From the NCBI GenBank assembly GCA_010356995.1, contig ML996688.1, forward strand, positions 1,462,579 through 1,526,578: a stretch of 64,000 bases of DNA. Reading direction: 5' to 3'. The stretch comes from Trichodelitschia bisporula. Taxonomy: Eukaryota. The position numbers and the translations under genes were made by a program. Below the pieces are notes generated by a model. The model saw only the letters and a list, made by a program, of their open reading frames with translations, made no database searches and was not told where the DNA came from. This document shows, piece after piece, positions 36,723-48,406 of this stretch (its first letter is position 1; every line of letters begins with the position of its first letter).

Positions 36723-37972
36723 ATGGATATATTCTGGTCCTGGCCACCTATCACAAGGTACGGAAAGCTCTCTTCATGACATTACAAATGGCGCCTAACT
36801 GATCATAGAACTCTTCTAGCCGGTATCGTGGTGACATCCATAAGTGTCCACCTCGGGCCCCTTAACCCTCTCTATGTCATCTTCTTGAAGGATCAAATCT
36901 TCTGCCTGCCTCCTAGAATCCCGGAGATATGGAGGCTTGTAATGCCGTTCCTAATGTCAAGTCCCGGGCTCGGCTTGATCATGGATCCATACCTGCGTAC
37001 GCAAACCCCACAATCTGGCAACTCTGTGGCCGCATTGTGCAGGGTGAAGCTCACAACGAGCAGTGTACTCCTACAGCAGTGTCTTGGAGCGTGACTCCCC
37101 GCGCTTTACTGAGCTCGGCTCGTACTTCGTGTACCTGACATTTGTCTCGACCGTCATTGTGGTAGGCCCTGCCCTCATCCCACTTGAGATCCTTTCACAA
37201 GTCCACTCCCCATTGCACACATTGTATTTCGTAGCTCTAGAACCTCGAATTATCTGCCCGACCAGCCTCATTCTTCTAGCTGGAGCGGTTCCTGGAATCG
37301 AGGGAAAGCACCTTCGCGCTGTGTGCGGGCCCCGTCATTCGCAAAAAACTAAAGGGGTTCGTACGCAGCGTGAGCATAGGTGGGACGGCCATTTGAGAAA
37401 ACCGCTAGGATACATACAATTTCGTTGCGGTGGTGTTGGCTCCCTACATCCCTAGCACAATACCATTCAATTTTTTTCCATATTTCTTGCCCCACCTCAT
37501 ACGCTCCGCCCTCCTGTCTCCGGAAGCACTTGCTAACGGCTCCAAGGCCCTCTGCGGCTATTACCTCGAAGGCTACGTCTTCCTACAACCTCTCATCCTC
37601 GCCTTCGCCTACACCTTCTCGCAGGAGAACCCCAACGCCAATGTGACAATGTGGTTCCTCACCTTTCCCGCCAAGTTCCTGCCCCTCGCCCTCCTCTTCC
37701 TGACCTTCGTCATGGCCGGTCCCGGACCGGCAAAGCAGCAGCTCACCGGCCTCATCGCCGCCCACCTGTACGACTTCCTAATCCGCATTTGGCCCATGTT
37801 TGGCGGCGGCCGCAATGTCCTCGCTACGCCTATGTTCGTCAAGCGCTGGTTTGGCGCGAATCGCGGCGAGCAGCGCCGTGCGTATGGCACGGCGGTTTTT
37901 GCGCGCGAGCAGGTGCCGCGGAGTGAGCCGCAATTTGGGCAGCGAGGTCCGGGGCGCAGACTGGGCGATTGA
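36723..37972 (+). CDS. Derlin (Der1/Dfm1-like rhomboid pseudoprotease, ERAD), 4 exons
   Basis: WPPITRT, PEIWRL, DPY, LTGLIAAHLYDFL and a C-terminal SHP-box-like RGPGRRLG. Introns 36758-36808, 36997-37063 and 37162-37546. Confidence 0.88.
37243..37418 (+). ncRNA. Putative intron-encoded structured ncRNA (H/ACA snoRNA-like)
   Basis: Hairpin 37243-37303, ANANNA box AAAGCA at 37305-37310, a 20-bp stem 37314-37333/37354-37373 with 5 G-U pairs, and ACA at 37412 and 37416, all within a 385-nt derlin intron. Confidence 0.55.
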
Positions 37973-38415
37973 GCGGCTTTTGTTGGGTTGGAGTGGTTGC
38001 GGGCTTGGACTAGGATGGGCATGTGTAGTATTAGGCGGGTTCGTTTCGATGTCGAGTAACATAGGCGAGCGATGTTTGTTGTCTGATGCATATTAGGAGG
38101 CCGAGAATGGCACGGTTCCTGAATCCGGGATATGAGCCACGCATGCATTTCAGTGCGTGATAGCAGCCCGAAGCGGTGTTCCGGGGAAATTTTCATTAAC
38201 CTTTTGATGGATTGACTCCATAGCCTATAAACGCCCTCATCCACGAAGATAGAACCCCGTATGAACATTCCAAACCAGCGCCCGGGAAGATAGACCATAA
38301 TGCTACAAGAATGAGACTACAAAGAAGACCGAGGCGGTAAGACACATCGGCAACGTAGGCGCGGTCATGCCTTTTGGCATTTGTCACCCACGCCGCCTGT
38401 CCCCGTCACTCCCAT

Positions 38416-40014
38416 CTAATCAGAGTCATCTCCCTTCTTGGCCTTCTTTTCTTTCTTCTCTTTCTTCTTTCGCTTGCGCTCGGCCTTCTCCTCAGGCGTC
38501 TCGTCCGCGTGCTTCCGCTTTTTCTCCTCCGTATCGTCATCATCCTTATGCTTCTTCGGCGTAGCCTCCTTCATCTCGATGTCGCCAGCGGCGTCAGGCT
38601 TCGGCGCCCCAATGGCCAAGGAGGCCGTTGTGGCGCCGTTGCTCGCCGGCTGCTCCTGGTCCTTCATAATGACCTTCCAGTCCGCCGGGGTCTTCTCGTT
38701 GAACTTGCCGTATTTCTAGGGACAATTAGCATCAACTGAGACGAAATAAAGGAAACTCACGTCAAGCTTCCCTTCAGTAATCATCTGCTTCTTGCGCTGA
38801 GCATGATCGCCCAAGTTCCAGCGGCGCGGGTACAAGTCGCGCTCCATGATGACGCGCTTGACCTTCGCAGCCTTGCCATGGTCGCAGGACATCAGGTCCG
38901 CGGAGCTCATGCAGGCGTAGCCAATGGCCACGGCCTCGCCCTTGGTCGTAATAATGACGATCTCTTCGTGCAGCTTGATGTCCTTCTCGTAGCGCAGGAC
39001 ACCAGGCAGCGTGAGCGCTGCACCGTAGCACACAGCGTTAACAGCGGAATCCTTAATCACGATGCGCTTATAGCCAACGAGCAAGCTCTCGAGCGGCTGG
39101 ATCACGGCCCGCAGGTACGCCTCGTCGAGCTGGTTGTCCATGACCCACTGCGCATCGAGCACATCGTGCAGCGTAACCATGTTATCGGTTTCACACATAG
39201 CACCACTGCGCACGCGGCGCAGCTCCTGCATATGCGCACCCACGCCCACCAACAGGCCGAGATGCACACATAGCGTCCGAATATATGTGCCAGCCTCGCA
39301 GCTAGCCCAGAAAACGCCCAGCTTGCGCTCGTTGTCAAACTCAATGAGCTTGATCTCGTGAATTGTACGGATACGGAGCTGACGCTTGACAGCCGAGATG
39401 AGCGGGGGCCGTTGGAAGAGGGCGCCCGTCAGCGTCTCGAGCGCGCGTGCGAACTGTGCCTGTCCACCGGGGAGGGAGTCGTGGAAGCGAATGACGCAGA
39501 CGTATTCCTTGCCGGCACCTTGCTGGGCCTTGACGAGACGAGTGGCACGGTCGATGGTGACGATCAGGTTGCCCGTGACCTTGGGATCGAGAGTGCCGCT
39601 GTGACCGGTCTTTTCGACTCTGAAATATACGTGAGCAGGGGCAGTGGGGTAGTTGGCACACTCCGTACCTGAGGATGCGCTTGATCCACGATACCACCTC
39701 GTGACTAGAGGGGTTGGAAGGCTTATCCAGGTTTATGACACCATAGCTGACGTAGGACTTGAGATCGCGTTTCAACGGCTCAGAGCCCGCAGGGATCGGA
39801 GTGTAATGGCCCTGGCGAACGCACACTATTCATTGATCAGTATATGTGCGTGGTACGTGAGAAGCGCAATTGGCAACAGAGACAATGCCCATGCGAAACG
39901 GAGGAAGCTCAGCGTACACTCATTGTAGTTCTTAAGAAGCAGCGGCCAATCGCTCGTGTCCACCTGCTTTGTAGTGGCTTCGGGACGAACGTAGTATTGA
40001 AGTTCGGATGACAT
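38416..40014 (-). CDS. CBF5: H/ACA snoRNP pseudouridine synthase Cbf5/dyskerin, 4 exons
   Basis: [42 protein letters not shown], a PUA domain and a KKE-rich tail. Introns 39826-39917, 39620-39668 and 38716-38760. Confidence 0.96.
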
Positions 40015-40734
40015 TTCGAATGGTCTTGCTCTCTTTGCACCGAGAGGATTGTGTGATGGCAATAAGAGCCTGGAGCGCGCAGGATCTTCTTAGATCAACG
40101 GACGCTTTGGAAAACTGTGCGTCGTGTTGAAACCCTTCTGTGGTGTCGCTCTTCGCGTCTAATTTGCTTCGACGGCGAAAGATTTTAAGTGAAGGAGAGG
40201 TCTTGGGGGGCGGAGAGAAAGTCGGAGTGGTGCCAAAATTTCGAGGCGGAGAAAATCATTGGCGCACGATCGCATGGCGGCCCAAGCTCCTCATTCGCCA
40301 TCACGTGCATATGCTTCAGTGGCATCTTCCACGTGATAACCGAGTTGCTCAACGGTTCGGTACCGAACTATCTGCGTTGCTCATGCCGGACTGACTGAAG
40401 CATCTTTGGTACGCTTGCCCCATCACTGGGCTGATCTAGGACGTATCGGGGGTAGTAGTCTACCGGTACAACGACAGCTTCACAGCCTTGCGATGCTCCT
40501 CAAGACATCACGCATGCGCAAATAACCACATTCTATGTGCTGTGAGGCGAAAATCCTTTGCCGCTTATGCAGAATACAGCTGCCTACAAGTGATCAATGA
40601 TGCCGAAAATCAAACTGTGAAAACGCCATGACCCTGTATCCTTTAGTCCGCCCGATGCAGTGACTGATGCCGCCCGAACGCCGCGCTGTATGAGATCGCA
40701 ACCGATTAGAAAACAAGCGTCGCCGAGCCTAGAT

Positions 40735-41549
40735 TTACTCCTCGTCCTCATCATCCTCGTCATCCTCCTCCTGCAGAACCTCGCTGTCCGAGCCGCAGTC
40801 CATGCCCTCTAGGTCTTCGTCGGAGTCAAAGTCGGCATCGGAACCGAAATCAACACTGCCCGCATCAGAGTCCGCCCAGTCCATGGAATCCAGGTTGTAA
40901 TCTTCCTCTTTAGCGGCCTTGAAAGCGTCCTCCGATTTCGGCATAACGAAGCCCTCCGGAATGTCCTTCTTCGAGGTCTCCATGTCCTTTTGAACCATTG
41001 TCTTGTACTTCTCCGGGTTTTGGCGGAGCATGACACCAGCATCGACGTTCGCAGGCGACGAGACTTCGGCATCGTCCAGGAGAGACAGCACAGAGAGAAG
41101 AACGGTCTCAACCCGCTGCGCGGGATTCCAGCGCTCGGCTGCCAGCTCACCGGACATCTCGTCGTCGCCAGGCGTATGCAAAATCGAAATGCAAAGACGG
41201 CCATCAGGGTAGATGTTGGGATGGTAGAGCGGACGGTTGAACTTGAAGTCTAGGAGGATTAGCCCCTTTATCGCACCCAGTGTTTGGTTTACTTACCCGG
41301 CGGGCTATACGGGTAGGTCTTGGGGAAGGTCATCTTCGCCTTGAAGTAGCCACCGTAGTAGAGGCTCGTCTCATTCATGACGATGAGAGCGACGGACCAC
41401 TGGAAGATGTTCTCCTTGATGAGCTGTTGCGCTTCACGTCAGTTTCTCCTCGAGTCCGTTGGAGCGACTCGGCTCAAACGTACCTCGACGTGAGTCCAAG
41501 GCTCCTTCTGGAGAGCCTTGAACTCGTTCATGAGAATTCGCTCGGCCAT
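40735..41549 (-). CDS. CDC34: Ubiquitin-conjugating enzyme E2 with acidic loop and acidic tail (Cdc34/Ubc3-like)
   Basis: MAERILMNEFKAL; YYGGYFKA; HPNIYPDGRLCISILHTPGDDEMSGE..ERWNP; D/E-rich C-terminus; two introns. Confidence 0.82.
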
Positions 41550-42517
41550 GATGATAACGCTGCGATGATGGTATGCGGAAGGAGTGGCGTAAAGCGACGG
41601 TCAGAGCAGATGGTCTGACAAGCAAGTGAAGTCTTCAAGTGGATGACTGATAATAGCAGATGCGGGCGAAAGACGACAAACAACAAGGTTCAAATATAAG
41701 CCACGAGCGTAGGGCGCGCAGGGATTTATGTTGCAGCACGCGAGCGAAGAAGGAAGGCGAGCGTCTTGGAAGTGTGAGCGGTCCACGGAGTTCCGCCATC
41801 TATAACCGACTGCGACAGCAGGCAGGTGGCGCAAAGTAGCCACTTAAAAGTGGCTCATAAGTGGCGCCGATTGCAGCAACTTAAGACGCTGACTGGTTTG
41901 TCTTGGTCGATACCTTCAATAATCGAAGCCCTGCCGGCTCCGGCTCACACCGGGGCGGACGAGTACTGGCTACCGGAAGCGATATGCATCAAGGAAAGGG
42001 CCTAGACCGAGCGGGTTATGGCAACGCTGCTCGCGGAATGGACTGAGAGTCTCAGTGCTTCCTTCGGCCATTCACCATTGCTTTCGTCCTAACATAGTGA
42101 ATGATATTGCAATCTTTGTACTTGAGGAGGCCGCATATTGTGTTGCGAGATGCCTATCTCGTCCAGTAGGCACGCACTTTGTCGCCATGCAGGGCGGCCG
42201 AGATTGGCCGCTGATATGCACGCCATCGTTTTGCTTGTCATGCGGATGAGTTGCTCATCAACGGTGACCTCGATTGGACGAGTAGGTCTAACTCGCTGTG
42301 AGCGCCAATTCTGGTGGGGGTGAGAATGATACCGAAAGGCAGGCGCCTCAAGATTCGAAGTACGCTCGTATGTACCGTAAACGGCAGAGAAGTCCACGAT
42401 AAGACATTTATACATTCCGACGTTCGGTGTCTAATTCAGCTAAAGGGTCTAGCAAAGTATGTCATATCTACCACTGACGAACACAGCCTATGCCAGATCC
42501 GGTTTGCTATGTACACA

Positions 42518-44134
42518 TCACCGTCTTCCCCTTACGGCAGCCTTTCCGCCCTTATTTCGGTCCCGGTCCTCCTTTCGCGGACCCTTCTCAACACCCAACT
42601 CTCTGGCCTTTTCGCGAGGATCAATCACCACCAGTTCATCCTGATTCTTCCTTCGCCATTCCAGGTCTTTGCCTAACCGGTCCTTGTCGAAGTTTAGCCT
42701 GTGCGCCATCCATGCAGGACCAAAGTCCTCATTATCTTCGTCTCCTCCGGCAGCCTTGTCCCACTTGGTACATGACTGGCAGTTGACAATGAAGTGCAGG
42801 TCGCAAAGCGCCTCCTCTTCACCATCCACTTCGGCGGCGGCGTGTGGTTCATCTGTTGGTGCTACAGGCTCGCTACCATTCTCCGCTAGAGGCTCCTCTG
42901 CTGGAATGGTCTCCAGCTTTTCCTTGAAAGCCTTGAACATGTCCAATGTCTGACGCTTCTCCTTTGAGCTGACCGCTCCTCGCTTCCTCCCACGTGTAGA
43001 AGTCTCGGGAATCAACGCCTCCAGTGCAGTCTTCTTGCTCGCAGCAGGGGCAGCCACTGCTAGGCCGGTGCGGCGCATAGACGCTTTGAGTTCGGCAATT
43101 TGAGCATTGGTTCGAGAGACCAGGTCTGATACCTTCGATGCTTCTGGAGACTCCGCACTGGATGCATCGGAATCGGAACCAGAATCAGATGGTGATGGCG
43201 ACCGTTGTTTTGGCTTGGGTGCGGAAGATAGCGATCTCCTCTTAGACTCGCGCGCAGGCGATGGTGCCTTTTGCTTAGGCTTGCGGGTCGGAGGCGGAGG
43301 CGACTGCGACTTCGGTTCTGTGGGAGAAGGACGCACAGAGAGTGTTGAGCGAGCTTCGAGGACAGGCCTCGCGTCTCTGGGAGGTGCTTTGGGCATCGGC
43401 GGATTGTTGAGCACATCTCCGTCCTCAAACCCAGCGCTGACGAGTTTGGGATTGAACTTCGGCTTCTTCATAGTAGGCGCCACCTCTTCATCCCCATCGT
43501 CTCCTGCGAAGCTCAGAAGCGCCTTGCCCGCTTTCCGCTTCGGCTTCTTAACCTCCTTCTTCTCCGGAGCCGTCGGCTGTGCCCTTTGCATCCGCTTGAC
43601 CATGTCGTCAAATGGATTCACTAAGATCTCAGTTCCTGTGATCTTGTACGGGTAAAGAGGCCTGTCGCCGCCTTCCTGCGCCAGCTCGCCCTCGGCCATC
43701 TTCATGAGGTTGTAGATCGTGTCGCCCTCAATGCGCCCAAACATCGTGTTCTTCCCAATCAACTCCGGGGTTTCGCCCAACGTGAAGAAGAACTGGCTCC
43801 CATTATCATCCTTCTTCCCGCTGTTCGCCATGCCCAGTAACCCGCGCCGATTGAACTTCAGCCGGCTGTGGAACTCGTCGGCAAACGGTTCGCCATCGTA
43901 GCTGCTTTCGCCGCCGGAGCCCGTCCCCGTAGGATCACCGCCTTGCAGCACGAAGCCAGGCACCAGGCGATGGAATATGGTGCCATCGTAGTAACCGTCG
44001 AGGCAGAGCTGCAGGAAGTTGCGCGACGTGACGGGGGTCTGCTTGGCGAAGAGTTCGATGGAGAGGTCGCCGCCGGTGGTTTGAAGGAGGACTTTGGCCG
44101 TCGGTTGCGGCTCGAGGTTATATTTTGTACTCAT
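42518..44134 (-). CDS. CWC27: Spliceosomal cyclophilin-type PPIase Cwc27
   Basis: MSTKYNLEPQPTAKV, NFLQLCLDGYY, FHSRLKFNRRGLLGMAN, TIYN, NPFDD; C-terminal LCDLHFIVNCQSC and VVIDPR. Confidence 0.95.
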   Translation of the reverse strand: MSTKYNLEPQPTAKVLLQTTGGDLSIELFAKQTPVTSRNFLQLCLDGYYDGTIFHRLVPGFVLQGGDPTGTGSGGESSYDGEPFADEFHSRLKFNRRGLLGMANSGKKDDNGSQFFFTLGETPELIGKNTMFGRIEGDTIYNLMKMAEGELAQEGGDRPLYPYKITGTEILVNPFDDMVKRMQRAQPTAPEKKEVKKPKRKAGKALLSFAGDDGDEEVAPTMKKPKFNPKLVSAGFEDGDVLNNPPMPKAPPRDARPVLEARSTLSVRPSPTEPKSQSPPPPTRKPKQKAPSPARESKRRSLSSAPKPKQRSPSPSDSGSDSDASSAESPEASKVSDLVSRTNAQIAELKASMRRTGLAVAAPAASKKTALEALIPETSTRGRKRGAVSSKEKRQTLDMFKAFKEKLETIPAEEPLAENGSEPVAPTDEPHAAAEVDGEEEALCDLHFIVNCQSCTKWDKAAGGDEDNEDFGPAWMAHRLNFDKDRLGKDLEWRRKNQDELVVIDPREKARELGVEKGPRKEDRDRNKGGKAAVRGRR

Positions 44135-44559
44135 GGCGTCGGCATATGGATGGCAGCCTCGTGTGATGTTGTGGATGCTGGAAAGTCGAGGCTATGGTGC
44201 GGAGATGCAAGGGACGCGGATGCACGTTTTCGCGCTGGCACGAGTTGTGGAGTGTTGAGATCAGCCAGGCGCGACGTCACAAGCTTGGGGCAGCTGAGTC
44301 CCTGGTCAAAAAGGTACAAAAAGGCATCACGCTCCGGTTAGTCGATGCTACATCTTCAAATTCCTTTCCTATCCCCCCCTAGAAAGTGTGAATGCGATGT
44401 TTCCCTGTAAACCGGTCCTTTAGAAACGGGAATTTACATCAGACCTCTCCGTGGGAAGCAAATCTTAGAGCCGGGCACTGGCCATAAATTCAACACCCTC
44501 TACTTCTCAACCAAAATCTTCACACCCAGCTCTGCGAAAGCATAGCAAGTACAGTCGCC

Positions 44560-46471
44560 ATGTTACCTGGCATGGACTCCCGTATGTCTTTGATCCTGTG
44601 AAGATCGTTAATTGACCCAGCTAAACTGATTTAGCGTTCATATATGTTGCCAACAAGCTTGGTGCATCCTCAGATGAGCGTAAGGACACGATGTCTCCCC
44701 GATTTGGACAGCCTGACACCGAGCAGTTAAATTGATATTCTCGTTTTTGCTGTCCTACCCGCTCGCAGCAGTTCTGAAGAGGATTCCGGACAGCAAACCC
44801 TGGCAGAAGAATATCTTCATCGTTGGGTATGACGAGTCTGGCTCCCTATTTAGAATCTCACTCATAGTACAGCGTCTCCCTCTTCTATCTTGTTGGCTTG
44901 TTTGACCTGTGGGACGGGCTTTGGACATTATTCGTAAGCTCAGCCGGGTCATACGCCATTGCCTACTTCATCGATGGCTCGTTCATGCCATGGGTCGGCT
45001 TCGCCTTCATGATGGGCCACATGGCTGTCAATCACATTTATCGCCAGCTCGCAGCCAACCCTTCAGGTGTAGATATTACCGGTACGTGCTCCATTATTTC
45101 GGGCTGTTCAAGCTGACTCCGTATAGGGGCTCAAATGGTCCTGGTCATGAAGGTCCGTTACCGTAATGAAAGCAAAAAGAGGCAGCTGACTGACCCTTCT
45201 AGCTCACCGCATTCTGCTGGAACGTCCATGATGGCCGGCTACCGGCAAACGAACTTTCGGACTTTCAAAAAGAGCGTGCTATCAGGCAGCTCCCGGATCT
45301 GCTTGATTACGCGGGCTATGTGTTATTCTTCCCAAGCCTGTTCGCTGGTCCGGCCTTTGACTACGTCGACTACCGGCAGTACATCAGTACTTCGATGTTC
45401 AAGCTCCCCCCCGGTGTCGACCCCTCCAAGGCCCCTCCTACCCGCAAGAAGCGCAAGATCCCCCGCAGCGGCCGTCCGGCATCCTGGAAAGCCGCCCAAG
45501 GTCTCTTCTGGATCGTCCTCTTCCTGCAATTCTCCGGGCGCTATAACCCGGAGAAGCTGCTCTCAGACAGGTTCCTAGAATACGGCTTCGTACGACGCGT
45601 CGGCTTCCTCTGGGCGCTCGGCTTCACGACCCGCACGAAGTACTACGGCGTCTGGGCGCTAACCGAGGGCGCATGTATCCTCTCGGGCATCGGCTACGCC
45701 GGCATCGACGCGAAGACCGGCCGCGCGAAATGGGATAGGCTCGTGAACGTCATCCCGCAGGAAATCGAGCTCGCGCAGAACACGCGAGCGTTCCTCGGGT
45801 CCTGGAACATCAACACTAACTCCTGGCTGCGCAACTACATGTACCTGCGCGTGACGCCCAAGGGCAAAAAGCCCGGCTTCCGCGCCACGTTGGCGACTTT
45901 TGTGACTAGCGCCTTTTGGCATGGCTTTTACCCCGGGTACTACCTGGCCTTCGTGCTGGCCAGTTTTCTGCAAACAATTGCGAAGCACGGGCGCCGCCTT
46001 TTCCGCCCTTTCTTCCTCACGCCCGACAGCACGGCGCCCACCCAGTACAAGATCTACTACGACGTGTTCACGTGGGTCGTCACGCAGGCTGCGTTCGCCT
46101 TCACCGTCCAACCGTTCATACTCCTCACCCTCGCCGCCACGGTTAAGTGCTGGGCGCGCGTGTACTTCTACGGCATCGTAGGCGTGATCGCGTGCTTTGC
46201 GTTCTTGAATTCACCGGCTAAGCTCGCCGTGGTTAAGCGCCTGAAGATGCGCAATCAGCCTGGGGGAATTCAGCGCGCGGCGAGTGCGGAGGTTCTGCCG
46301 GGTGGCACCCTTGGGCTGCCGGATGATCCGGAGAAGGAGGTCGAGGATATGGTGGTTGAGGTTAGGGCGGAGATTGAGCGGATGAAGCGTGAGGGTCGCG
46401 GGTCGATTGATGTGCCTGATGTGAGGGCGATGGTGCAGGAGAGGTTGAGGAGGAGGGGGAAGTTGGTGTAG
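44560..46471 (+). CDS. ALE1: MBOAT lysophospholipid acyltransferase Ale1, multi-exon
   Basis: DELKLIFSFLLSYP, DITGAQMVLVMKL, FFPSLFAGP, WNINTNSWLR and SAFWHGFYPGYY (catalytic His). Confidence 0.92.
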
Positions 46472-46716
46472 CCGCTAGGTGTTGGGACGTTGGAAAAGTG
46501 GAGTTGGGGGAGGTTGCCTTGCATGGCTTGCGGGTGTTACTGGAAGGTGGTGGGTTGTTTATGAGCGATGCTCGGTTAGTTCCCCTGCTTCATGGCCTTG
46601 CTAGCCACGATGACGCCTCGAGTGTCAAATATTGGGTATTATACGCCTACATATGCCTGGTTGCCCGCTCCTTCTAAGTCGTGAGACGTCACAGTCGTCA
46701 AATCGCCGTCTCACCT

Positions 46717-47469
46717 TTACAGAGCTACTGTAGGCACCTCAGCATCCCGCAGCACAGCACCCTTTCCCCCCAAATTCCGCACCTTGTCCACCATGGTACT
46801 ATCCTCACGGATGAGACCTACTCCATTACCCGCAAATGTATTGCCCACATCCGCCCACGCACCAGGATCAACCGGCTTCGTCCCCTCAGCGATGACGTAT
46901 GTCGCAAAGCCCTCCTTCGCCGCATCCAGCGCCGTAAACTTGACGCAGTAATCCAGCGCCAGCCCCACGATGAAGACGTGTGTGACCTCCGCCGCGCGGA
47001 GCATATCCGCCAGTCCACTCCGCGAGACCGTGGGTGAGAGAAAGGGATCCGCAAACGCGGAGTACATTTCCACGCGCGGGTCCTGCCCCTTCTCGACGAC
47101 GTGCTGCACGCGGTCGATATCCAGCTCCGGAACCAGGGCCGCGCCCGACGTGTGCTGGACGCAGTGATTCGGCCAGAGGCGGGTGGTTTGGGTCTCAGAG
47201 GGATTGTGCGGATTGGTGATTGTGATTTCGTTGGTGAAGGGCATGTTGTTGGGGGCCGGGTGGTTGGAGGCGAAGGAGATGTGGTTTGCTGGGTGCCAGT
47301 CTTTGGTTGCGATGCGGACGGCGAAGGGGAGGCTGAGGAGGCGGTTTATGGTGGGTGTGATGGAGCGGGCGTCGGGGACGGCGAGGGAGCCGTTGGGGGG
47401 GCAGAAGTCTTCTTGGAAGTCGACGATGATGAGGGCGGGGGTGAAGCGGATTGGGATTGGGTCTGTCAT
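46717..47469 (-). CDS. PNC1: Nicotinamidase/pyrazinamidase (isochorismatase family)
   Basis: ALIIVDFQEDFCPPNGSLAV, TKDWHPANHISF, LWPNHCVQ, EKG..EMYSAF, GLALDYCV. Probable ATG at 47469. Confidence 0.92.
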   Translation of the reverse strand: MTDPIPIRFTPALIIVDFQEDFCPPNGSLAVPDARSITPTINRLLSLPFAVRIATKDWHPANHISFASNHPAPNNMPFTNEITITNPHNPSETQTTRLWPNHCVQHTSGAALVPELDIDRVQHVVEKGQDPRVEMYSAFADPFLSPTVSRSGLADMLRAAEVTHVFIVGLALDYCVKFTALDAAKEGFATYVIAEGTKPVDPGAWADVGNTFAGNGVGLIREDSTMVDKVRNLGGKGAVLRDAEVPTVAL

Positions 47470-48406
47470 GCTGGAGATGGTAATGTGGGGGTTGAGGTTG
47501 TGTAGAGCCGTGGTCATAGAGAGAGGTGGTACGGAGTTCGTTAAGAGCGGGGGTTGAGGGTGATGTGGGCATGAAAGGAGCATCAGAAGGGTCGTATGAT
47601 GTAATACGAGTATGGTAGAAGGAAGGGAGCAAAGGAGGATACTTGGCATCGTGTGTTTAAGGTTAATCTTGAGAGTCTCTGACTCTCTTCCTCTCGTTTT
47701 CAACTTCAATCTTCAGTTCACACAGATGTCTTTGCCTGTGTATGAGCCTTTGCTCCCATCAGAGGGGTCTAGGTAGTACATCCGTAGCTGTACAAGCTTG
47801 GGAGCGTTTGTAGGTATTTGGTGGGGGGAGAGATCGGGACCCAGGGTAGAGGTAACGGCGCGGTTTACTAGCGGGGTGCCGAATGACGCGCCGGGTGACG
47901 CGTATTATGGCGGGCTTACGACTTTGTCTAGACGTCAAGAGATATATAAGGAGGGGAGAAAGGTCGGAAAGGTGAACAGGACAACTGCAAAGACATGTCA
48001 AAGTTGTTAGAATTGAAGCTGAATCTCTCTCCGTGTGTTGGGCGCGCGCCCTTGAAGCTGGCACCCCCCGAGCGGTGCGGCTCTCCCCCCTCTCGCTCCA
48101 GGCTCGACGAATTGGACGAGTTCAGCTTTGCTCTGTTTCTTTCGCGCTGAACGCCCCTCGGGAAAACAGAGGGAGAGAGAGAGAAAGTTCTACCTACATT
48201 GTTCACAATGAATCCCTGAGGGAAAGGAAAGAAGACAATCGTTACGGTAGTCTTTTGATCCACTGCAGCTAGTATTCCTCGGTCGCTTCAAACTCCTCTC
48301 CGTCAACTCTTCTAGAACTACATCTCATCTTCATTCTGCTCGCCAACCCCCGTCCGTCTGCAGTAGCTTCACAACGGCGTTGGCCGTGCCCTTTTTCGTC
48401 AAAGCA

